Below are positions 28,971 through 36,635 of a DNA stretch of 64,000 nt, in pieces. The DNA is taken from positions 509,700 through 573,699 of the forward strand of contig CP070704.1 of the NCBI GenBank assembly GCA_020349945.1, in the 5' to 3' direction. Every line of letters starts with the position of its first letter. Within the stretch, counting starts at the first letter, position 1. Source of the stretch: Deltaproteobacteria bacterium (GTDB lineage Bacteria; Desulfobacterota; DSM-4660; Desulfatiglandales; B25-G16). Below the pieces are notes generated by a model. The model was not told where the DNA came from, made no database searches, and saw only the letters and a list, made by a program, of their open reading frames with translations. The position numbers and the translations under genes are program-made.

Positions 28971-29906
28971 TCAACATTTCCCCCCATTCTGCCTGACCTT
29001 CAGATAAGTAAAGAACTTGCCCCAGAACCAGAAGGCCCGCCTGTGGAACCACTTCCCAATCGCCGACCCAAAGAAAAGCCATCCCAATCTCCGATGATAT
29101 CTCACAAATCGGCTGAACCGGGAGACCGAGATCTTCCCTCTCCTCACGTACCAGCACCGAGGTGCCTTTTTTGAATCCCATTTCCCCGAGGCTATCTTCA
29201 AAATCTCCAATGCCGCAAGGCTGGCCATCATCCATTCAACAGGGCAAAAGAGGGCAAGAGGTCGACGCCCTTTAAAATATTCCCAGAACCAGTCCACCCG
29301 CCAATCACCTGCTGTAATGAGCCTATATTGGGCACACTGGTAAACCGTGGAGCGCATTACCCGGCGCAGACCCTCATAATCAAGCTCCGGTATGCCTAAG
29401 ACCTTCTCTATGGTCGGACCCTTCTCTTTGAATACGCTAACCCATCCCATTGAGCCTGAGGGCAAGCATAGAACAGCGGGTTTTCCATGCCTTCTCGCTG
29501 CACGAAAAAGCAGGATGCTATAAGCCAGATCGTCTACGGCCGGGATAACAATATCGGCTGTGGGGATCAATTGATTCATCTCTTCCTCTGAGGGGAGATG
29601 ACTATGGATGTTGACCTTCGAATTCGGGTTGATCGAGAGGATGGTATCCCGGATTTGTGCGACCTTACTTCGGCCAATGGTATCTGAAAAGCAGCAGATC
29701 TGTCGATTCATGTCAGAAGGAACATAGACCCCCTCCCCTGAGATAATAAACTCCTCTACCCCGCTGCGGGCCAAGATCACAGCGATGGTTTCTCCTGTGC
29801 CAGTATCTCCTCCGATCAACACACGCGTATGCCTTATGCGCTGCTGCTCGCCCTCGGTGAAGACTCCATAATTTCTTTGAAATAATGTCCTGTAATCCAC
29901 ATCCAT
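28971..29906 (-). CDS. ThiF/HesA/MoeB-family E1-like protein, paralogue 1 (altered glycine loop)
   Basis: 311 aa. NMNRQ-type block (DMNRQICCF) and AVDD. The glycine loop reads GGDTGTGE instead of GxGxxG. No CxxC pairs. The C-terminal tail is rich in Trp, Phe and Arg. Confidence 0.8.
   Translation of the reverse strand: MDVDYRTLFQRNYGVFTEGEQQRIRHTRVLIGGDTGTGETIAVILARSGVEEFIISGEGVYVPSDMNRQICCFSDTIGRSKVAQIRDTILSINPNSKVNIHSHLPSEEEMNQLIPTADIVIPAVDDLAYSILLFRAARRHGKPAVLCLPSGSMGWVSVFKEKGPTIEKVLGIPELDYEGLRRVMRSTVYQCAQYRLITAGDWRVDWFWEYFKGRRPLALFCPVEWMMASLAALEILKIASGKWDSKKAPRCWYVRRGKISVSRFSRFVRYHRRLGWLFFGSAIGKWFHRRAFWFWGKFFTYLKVRQNGGKC
28981..29108 (-). repeat. direct-repeat copy B (3' end of intact E1-like gene)
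   Basis: Partner of 26551-26678. The two copies bracket the AOR-2 plus beta-grasp segment. Confidence 0.8.
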
Positions 29907-29928
29907 GAAAAGGTCTAGTTGAGTGGGC

Positions 29929-30891
29929 TTAAGGTCTGGCGGGATGCTGAGGTCTACGTTGCTCGCGGCGTTTCACCCATGGATAATAGAGCCTCCACCA
30001 TGCCGCTTGGAGTCCCTCCTGAAGGGGGCCGAAGCGACTCTGGAACACCCACCACATGAACCTCCTTTGCCATACCAGTAAGGTTTGCAGAGAGGGTCCA
30101 TTGATGCGATTGATCCGGATCTTTTCCCTGGTGATGCTCCAGTATCTCGGCGAGGCAACGAGCTTCCACTTTCCGCTGAAGAATTTCAAGGCCTCCAGGG
30201 CCCCGAGGGAGGAAGCGAGCCATACAACAGGACAGATCTGGGCTAGGGGGAATCCTTCCTCCATGAATCCCCGGTAGTAATCGATTCGCCAATCCGCAAT
30301 CGGGACATAGAAATATGTCCAAAACTTGTACTTTCGGATCTGTGCCGTTTCTCGAAGTTCCTCGTACGTAGCAAGTTTCGGGATACCCTCGATATCCTCT
30401 GGAGAGGGCCTATCAGGCGGTATGATGCTCACATTTGCCCAGGTTCCCGAGGGAACGACCATCAAGGCCGTCTTGCCCAGTTTCCGGGCATCCCGAAAAA
30501 CGAAGATGCTGAATGAAAAATCATCGGCGGCTGGAAAGACCAAGTCGACTTGGGGAATCAGCTGAGCGATCTCGGAATGGTTCAACAGATCTTCATGGAC
30601 CTCCACCTGGGCCTCGGGGTTGATCCGCAAAATCTGTTCTTTGATAACCTGCGCCTTGTTTCGGCCGACTGTATCAAGAAAGCAGGCAATCTGCCGGTTC
30701 ATGTTCGCTGGCTCGTAGCGATCGAACTCTATGAGCACAAAGCGGCTCACCCCTGAACGGGCCAGCATGATGGCTACCGATCCACCAATCCCCCCACAGC
30801 CTACGATCAGAATACTGGCGTGCCGGATCCTTTGCTGTTCGTCCCTTGAAAAGATTCCATAGTTCCTCTGAAACAGCTCTTCATAATGCAT
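29929..30891 (-). CDS. ThiF/HesA/MoeB-family E1-like protein, paralogue 2 (canonical GxGxxG)
   Basis: 320 aa. VGCGGIGGS, NMNRQIACF and AADD blocks. No CxxC pairs. Trp/Arg-rich C-terminal tail. The start overlaps the stop of the upstream membrane-protein gene by 11 nt. Confidence 0.8.
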   Translation of the reverse strand: MHYEELFQRNYGIFSRDEQQRIRHASILIVGCGGIGGSVAIMLARSGVSRFVLIEFDRYEPANMNRQIACFLDTVGRNKAQVIKEQILRINPEAQVEVHEDLLNHSEIAQLIPQVDLVFPAADDFSFSIFVFRDARKLGKTALMVVPSGTWANVSIIPPDRPSPEDIEGIPKLATYEELRETAQIRKYKFWTYFYVPIADWRIDYYRGFMEEGFPLAQICPVVWLASSLGALEALKFFSGKWKLVASPRYWSITREKIRINRINGPSLQTLLVWQRRFMWWVFQSRFGPLQEGLQAAWWRLYYPWVKRREQRRPQHPARP

Positions 30892-31558
30892 TGCCCTCTT
30901 CCTTCTCGACCCCTTTCTTCCTCCTATAAAATCTCACGGGTACCCATCCGTGGGTTAACGATGAGAGCACACAGAGGATCCCGGCACTGATTGCCAAATA
31001 ATATGATGGTAGAAAATACGTATGAACGATTACCCTCGCCATATCCCGAAAAATAATGAACTGCCCTGTTACTGGCTGGCCTATCCTGTGGGTGCCAAAA
31101 AGGAGGGATCCATAAAATCCCGCGATGTAAATGAGCATCAACACACCGCTCGATACAATATAGAGCCTCCCCTTCTTTCCAGCCATAGTACTCCCCCAGA
31201 AGGCAAGGAACAGGTACCCTAAGAGGGCCAAAAGCAGGATCACGACTACTGGAAGGGGTGTCTCGATAATATACCTCACCCCTTCTATCGGGAGATCATG
31301 GCTCAAGATGAATGCATACGCGTCAATGCTATGACGCCCTTCCCGGACAGTTGCATGCCACCAAGGATGAAAGAGGCTCGCAGCAAAGCCAACTCCTGCC
31401 AGAAGCCCCAAGGGATTATAGAGGGTCAATTCATGGAAGTGCCCAGAGAGGACCCTTAAGAATCCCCGAAACCCCTTAATCTCTTGACCCTCTTGTTCCA
31501 ATCTCCTCCGGGTGGAATCATCTATCAGGACCCTGATCAAAGGGCTAAATAGTTTCAT
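30881..31558 (-). CDS. polytopic membrane protein, unknown family
   Basis: At least four hydrophobic helices. ATG 31558 is preceded by AGGAG and avoids overlap with the upstream gene. The ORF track extends to 31642. Confidence 0.55.
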   Translation of the reverse strand: MKLFSPLIRVLIDDSTRRRLEQEGQEIKGFRGFLRVLSGHFHELTLYNPLGLLAGVGFAASLFHPWWHATVREGRHSIDAYAFILSHDLPIEGVRYIIETPLPVVVILLLALLGYLFLAFWGSTMAGKKGRLYIVSSGVLMLIYIAGFYGSLLFGTHRIGQPVTGQFIIFRDMARVIVHTYFLPSYYLAISAGILCVLSSLTHGWVPVRFYRRKKGVEKEEGNAL

Positions 31559-31581
31559 TTCCAGCTCCTCTTGCTGTGTTG

Positions 31582-31989
31582 CTACGTTGACGGTAGTGAA
31601 AAGAATGGTCTTGCAGAGATCGGGCCATAGGTTTCCCCACATCCCATGATAACCAGTTTATAGAAATACGTGGATTCACCAGGCAGTCTTTTGTCAACAT
31701 ATCTATATTCCATACTCTCTTGAGCATAAGGAACGGTTGCTATCTCGCTATATGGCCCGTCAGCAAAACTATCACTGCGAAGTATTTGAAAGGTAGCCCC
31801 CTTTTCAAAAGGGGCCTTTACCTTCCACCTTAGCTTTACTGCTCGATAAAGGGATTGAGCCTTGAAATCGGAGATTAAGGCTCCTCCTGGATCCTTATCC
31901 CCCGAGGTTGCCATAGCTGGCAATATTGTGAAAGTAGCCACGGCCGCCACAATGACGGGAAATAGATATTTCATCATGCTGTCTTTCAT
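31582..31989 (-). CDS. small exported beta-sandwich (Fn3/Ig-like) protein
   Basis: Signal peptide (MMKYLFPVIVAAVATFTILPAMA). Pattern LRWKV...FQILRSD...YRYVD...TYFYKL. Start is ambiguous (31989, 31977 or 32037). Confidence 0.5.
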   Translation of the reverse strand: MKDSMMKYLFPVIVAAVATFTILPAMATSGDKDPGGALISDFKAQSLYRAVKLRWKVKAPFEKGATFQILRSDSFADGPYSEIATVPYAQESMEYRYVDKRLPGESTYFYKLVIMGCGETYGPISARPFFSLPST

Positions 31990-32084
31990 TACCTCCTCGT
32001 CAAACCTAAACAATAAAACTAGCCCCACCCACTCCAAAACTAAAAATCAGTAGCGAGATGGATGGGGCTATCTAACTAGGGGAT

Positions 32085-33266
32085 TTAGATGATTATCTTG
32101 ATATCACCATCGTTTCTGGCATAGCCTATGCCCAGTTTAACCGCATGGGCTATCTGGTTAACATGCCAGGCGTCCATGGTGATCTTATTCTGGACCGTAG
32201 GATACCATTCTTGCAGGAGCTTAATCCCCCATACATCATTGGCCACTTGATCGCCAGAGGCAAGGACAAAGCCAGGTTTCACCATCTCGCCATGAGAGGG
32301 TCCACCGCTGATAAATGACCTGCGCCCATCCATGACAATCAGGTCAGGACGGAATGGCAGATTGATCTCAGCCGCCTGCTGGCCCACAAAGACGTGATTG
32401 AAGTTGTGGAGGTGTCCTCCCCTATCTGCACGGTGGAGTGTTCCCACTGACAGCTTCAGGCTCTGGGTAATGTGGCCCAAGAAATGGGTCTTCATGACAG
32501 GCGTATAGATGATCTTATCGAAATCCCGAAAGTCCGCAGGATATGCAACCGTCCCGTCACCACCGCCGAATCTTCCCAGAAATTCCGCCTTCTCGTTTGT
32601 GATATTCATCCACTTCATCTTATCCCAGTCATGAAGGGCGACACCATTAGCTTGACACACCTTGTCATAGCCCACAATCTTGATAACCCTTTCCGTGGGT
32701 CCCCATGGTCCACACGAATCGGCCACGGTCAAGTTTGCGTACCCCTCATCCTGGAGCACCTTGATCAGGGCGTCGAGGAAGTTGGGGTCAGTGCCCCCAC
32801 CTGGCCATGGATCAGCAGTATTCATATTGGGTTTGATCATGATCTTATCTGTCTTCTTAAGGGCCTTCCCAAAACCGCCAATCTTCTTGACCGCCTTGCT
32901 TATATCCCCTTTCAGGTCTTTATCCAGTGGCGCGGAGCTAACGATGCTGACCAGGGACTTGCCTCCCTCAGAGTAGTAGTTTGGGTGCAGATGGGACCAT
33001 TTAACCGGCTTCCCACCGTTTATCATCTCCTCAGGGTCTTTATCGAAATACCCCTTTGGAAGCGGTGCGTTACCGATAAACTCACCGTACGCATCAAGCT
33101 GTACATCCCTCATCTGCCAAACACCTGTCTGTGCAGGCTGATCCAGATCATCTACAGCATGGGCATTTTTCCTCAAACCCAAGAGACCAACGGCAGCAAC
33201 ACCTGCTCCACAATACTTGACAACGTCCTTAAAAAAATTCCTGCGTGTTACGTCCTTGAAATTCAT
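32085..33266 (-). CDS. Tat-signal DUF362-domain protein
   Basis: TRRNFFKD twin-arginine signal. DUF362 blocks (IMIKPNMNT, PVMKTHFLG, LIVMDGR, ASGDQVANDVWG). Confidence 0.8.
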   Translation of the reverse strand: MNFKDVTRRNFFKDVVKYCGAGVAAVGLLGLRKNAHAVDDLDQPAQTGVWQMRDVQLDAYGEFIGNAPLPKGYFDKDPEEMINGGKPVKWSHLHPNYYSEGGKSLVSIVSSAPLDKDLKGDISKAVKKIGGFGKALKKTDKIMIKPNMNTADPWPGGGTDPNFLDALIKVLQDEGYANLTVADSCGPWGPTERVIKIVGYDKVCQANGVALHDWDKMKWMNITNEKAEFLGRFGGGDGTVAYPADFRDFDKIIYTPVMKTHFLGHITQSLKLSVGTLHRADRGGHLHNFNHVFVGQQAAEINLPFRPDLIVMDGRRSFISGGPSHGEMVKPGFVLASGDQVANDVWGIKLLQEWYPTVQNKITMDAWHVNQIAHAVKLGIGYARNDGDIKIII

Positions 33267-33651
33267 TTTCCTTCCTCCTTCCCGGCCCAGTCTATCTGGG
33301 CCAGTTAAATATTACGGTCACCTCTCATATATCCCAATTAGAACGGTTCCCTTCCCCCACCCCCTTTCTATCCTTTTTATCAAGCGACATTTTTTGACTA
33401 CGTTATTTTGATATAGGCTGAAAAGTCAACAGTTTTTTTCCTCTTTTGATAAAAACTTGAGATAAGATCTATTCAGAAAGAGGTACTAATAGTAATTATT
33501 CTCGGTTATTTAAATACTTGAGAATAGAGTTGTCAAGCACCTTTTCGTTTTCTCGCAAAAAGGACCTGACTGTATGACCCGCGGATCGGAGCAAAGATGC
33601 TGAACTAATCATTACAGATGCTCTCAAAGACTTCAAAGGGCCCTTTATGTT

Positions 33652-34311
33652 CTAAAAAGGCCAGAGAAAACAACAGCCTCTTCTTTGAAATTCTCTTTCG
33701 CAGGAGGCCAATTGGCCCTTATATGTCCTTGCCCTACCTTCAACCTTACGGGCTACCTGTAATAACCATGCCTTTTTTCGATAAGACTTTCGGTTAAACC
33801 CTCCATGACCCTCATGATAGGCTAAATAGAGATGGTATGGATCCTTTTTTGATATCCTGCACCTGAGGTAACTCAAATGGCAGTACCATCCAATAAAATC
33901 AAGGCTATCCTCAAAATCATCCCTATCAGCCCCTGTGTTGCCCCTGCTCTTACGGTACTCTTCCCATGTCTCATTACCTGCCTGTGTATATCCATAAGCG
34001 GAAGAGGGGCGAGGACCAGGGAAAATCCACAGACAACTACCGCGGGGTGGTCTGGCATCAGCCCTGAATTTTGATTCCTGATGGATAATGGCCATCAGAA
34101 CAGGTATGGGTATACCCCACCTCCTGGAGGACCCATGTGCGCTCTTGTACCATTTTGGATTTTCCCTGAAGACCTCGCAAATATTGTAGATATGTTTGGG
34201 TTGGGGAATGGTAGCACACCCATGAAAAAGGATGAGCACAAAGCAGGCAAAAGATATAGGAGCAAATCTGTAGAGGTCTTTCCGCCTTCTAACCTTAGCC
34301 ACCCTTTTCAA
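33652..34311 (-). CDS. lipoprotein with lytic transglycosylase (SLT)-like domain
   Basis: Lipobox-like LFHGC. IIHQESKF catalytic-Glu block, then AYGYTQ. Confidence 0.65.
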   Translation of the reverse strand: MKRVAKVRRRKDLYRFAPISFACFVLILFHGCATIPQPKHIYNICEVFRENPKWYKSAHGSSRRWGIPIPVLMAIIHQESKFRADARPPRGSCLWIFPGPRPSSAYGYTQAGNETWEEYRKSRGNTGADRDDFEDSLDFIGWYCHLSYLRCRISKKDPYHLYLAYHEGHGGFNRKSYRKKAWLLQVARKVEGRARTYKGQLASCEREFQRRGCCFLWPF

Positions 34312-34993
34312 ACCTAGCCTTTACCCGGATGGTAATCTCAGGCCTTTCAAGATAATTGGTCTTCAGCTTCAAAAAACCCCGGTAGGTCCCCACTGTGTTG
34401 GGGATGCTGGTAAAATGGATCCTGAATTCCCTCCCTGCCTCAACCTCCTCTATACTGTAAGTCACTTGTTTGCTGAGGCTAAAATGGCTTGGTTCAAGCT
34501 TCAGGGGTTGGTTTTCTCCCGCCCTGACTCTGACGGTCTTGGTGATTTCTCGATCCGCCGTTCCCCTCAGGTAAACGTATCTGGGAGATAGATGGATGGG
34601 TACCTTAACAAAGGCCTTAATGGTTAATACTTCAACATTCTTGCGTGGGTCATTGGTGTAGACCGTGGCTTCTTTCCGGATGTCATCCCTGTAACCTCTG
34701 GTCTTTATCCTTAAGGTAATCTTTCCCTCCCCTCCGGGGGGGATGGTCCTGTCAAAGCGGGCCACTGCACAGCCTCAACCAGGGCTGACCTTTTTTATCT
34801 CAAGGGTACGGTCACCCACATTACGAACCGTAAAGGTGTGCTCAATAATCTCGCCCTGTTTAACCTGTTGAGCATCAAAATATTTATCCTCTAAAACCAT
34901 CCTTGGCCCAATGACCTGCTGGGCCCAACCTGCGGTGAGGTTGAGGATGATCCAGGCAGTCAGCAAAGAGCTCCCATACAGTAGCTTTATCAT
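34295..34993 (-). CDS. exported DUF1573-like protein with in-frame TGA (candidate selenoprotein, otherwise a pseudogene)
   Basis: The 72-aa and 156-aa ORFs are in the same frame (699 nt = 233 codons), separated by a single TGA. The joined sequence reads ...LEIKKVSPG-[TGA]-GCAVARFDRTIPPGGEGKITLRI, matching the DUF1573 xCGCxxx...PGxxGxI pattern. Confidence 0.6.
34775..34777 (-). other. in-frame UGA aligned with the first Cys of the DUF1573 CGC motif (candidate Sec codon)
   Basis: Read directly: ggt TGA ggc tgt gca gtg on the minus strand. Confidence 0.5.
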
Positions 34994-35190
34994 ACTCCCA
35001 CCCTCTTCACCATAACCTGTACCCGAAGATCACTTTTCTCTATTTTTGGATTGATAGAATTATTTCTTGCTCAAAGGAGTATAATGGAGGGGGTCTTGCG
35101 TGTCAAAACCCAATTTACAGACAATGACCCCAGCTCCCGAATCCATAAGGGCATACTCAGGAAAAACCATTTGTGCTAGCTCTAAAACTG

Positions 35191-35808
35191 CTATTCTACA
35201 ACCACAAGTGTTACTCGGCGGTTTATTGCCCGGTTGCTGCTGTTGGTATTGTCCGCAACAGGCTTAAACTCACCGTAGGAAAAGGTGTTCATGCGGTGCA
35301 GTGGTATGCCCTGCTGTGTGTGCAGGTAGGAATAGACTGCCTCAGCTCTGGCCTGACCCAGCCTCAAGTTATACTCTTCAGGGCCGATGCTGTCAGTATG
35401 TCCTTGGATCTCGATGTAGACATCTCTGTTTTCTGCCTTCAAGCGTCCAGCAAGTCCGTCGAGGGCCGCTCTTGCTTCTTTGGAAAGATCGCTCTTGTCA
35501 AAGCCGAAATGGACCGCCTCATCCGTGAACGTCACCTCATAAAGGAGCTTGCCCTCGGCAACCTTGCCCGCCTCCACAGCCCGCGCGAGCGCCTCCTCGC
35601 CCAGCGCGAAGAGCTGCTCGTTTTTTTCCGCGGCCGCCTCCTTCAATTTGGCGATTTCCATCTGATTGGCCTCAACCTGCTCCTGGGTCTCTTCGATCCT
35701 CTGAGCGATCTGCTCCCTGACGTACTTCTGAGTGGCACACCCGGTCACCCCAAACCACACAATTCCTGTCATGACCGCAAAGGCCAAAAGGGATTTCTTC
35801 ATAACCAC
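35191..35808 (-). CDS. OmpA-family lipoprotein with coiled-coil linker
   Basis: Lipobox VTGCA. C-terminal OmpA domain (HTDSIGPEEYNLRLGQARAEAV, NRRV). Confidence 0.85.
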   Translation of the reverse strand: MVMKKSLLAFAVMTGIVWFGVTGCATQKYVREQIAQRIEETQEQVEANQMEIAKLKEAAAEKNEQLFALGEEALARAVEAGKVAEGKLLYEVTFTDEAVHFGFDKSDLSKEARAALDGLAGRLKAENRDVYIEIQGHTDSIGPEEYNLRLGQARAEAVYSYLHTQQGIPLHRMNTFSYGEFKPVADNTNSSNRAINRRVTLVVVE

Positions 35809-35933
35809 TCCTCCCCCTATCTTGATTCACCTGATACTATATTCTTTCACCTTGAGGTCTGGTTGTAAAGCAAAATGTGTGCCTACCTGATGCATAGCCA
35901 GCCACTCCAAGGGCCACTATGAGAAATTCCCTT

Positions 35934-36190
35934 TCACCCTCTCATCAACATCTGCCTTACACCCTTACAGTATTCGTGACTTTCCCGATCCGTCGACACA
36001 ATATCGATTTCCGAAGGGGAAGAAGCCCCGAGACCAAGCTCAACGGCTCTTTCAGTCTGCTCCTGCTCTAAAATCTTCCAATTCATAATAGCATCATTGC
36101 TTCCCAGTACCTTCAGGATGGGAAGCCCAACAGCATTTGTGGCCACGCGGTCGGTTGACCCAAGAAATAGGACGGTTCCAGGAGGTTTTT
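35934..36190 (-). pseudogene. C-terminal remnant of a DUF362 gene
   Basis: The frame opens directly after a TAA and reads PPGTVLFLGSTDRVATNAVGLPIL...AVELGLGASSPSEIDIV. This parallels the C-terminus of the intact DUF362 protein (PGFVLASGDQVANDVWGIKLL...AVKLGIGYARNDGDIKII). Confidence 0.4.
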
Positions 36191-36245
36191 ATATGTTTGA
36201 CAACAGAGGGCTCGTCAAAATAAGATATGCCTCAGGGAGAGGTGA

Positions 36246-36635
36246 ATGATCTATAGATTTCTGGCCGATCTCACCATCGTATTACATTCTGTCTGGATCT
36301 TGTTCCTCATATTTGGATTCATCCTCGCCTTGATAAGACCAAAGATTGCCTTCCTTCATGTAGCAGGGCTTCTTTTTGCCATGTTTTTGAATATCATGGG
36401 ATGGTACTGCCCATTGACCTACTTAGAAAATTACTTGTACTCCTTAGATGATTCCCCATCAACCTATACCGGGCCATTTATTATGAACTATTTAAACCAT
36501 CTCATCTATCCGGACCTGCCGGAGAAGTACATCAGAATTGGAGACATACTATTTTTGTGCCTCTATTTAATCGGTTATGCCTATCTTGCAAAAAGATATC
36601 ACATCTTGAAGCGTATCAGGGGTAAACATGAATGA
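36246..36635 (+). CDS. DUF2784-like small membrane protein
   Basis: 129 aa with three or four TM helices and the conserved GWYCPLTYLE block. Confidence 0.65.
   Translation: MIYRFLADLTIVLHSVWILFLIFGFILALIRPKIAFLHVAGLLFAMFLNIMGWYCPLTYLENYLYSLDDSPSTYTGPFIMNYLNHLIYPDLPEKYIRIGDILFLCLYLIGYAYLAKRYHILKRIRGKHE

Noticed and set aside
32472-33308. 278-aa plus-strand ORF.
   Set aside because: It lies entirely antisense to the DUF362 gene, which has clear family motifs, a Tat signal and an RBS. It has no recognisable motifs of its own.
35173-35868. 231-aa plus-strand ORF.
   Set aside because: It is antisense to the OmpA-family lipoprotein gene and has no motifs of its own.
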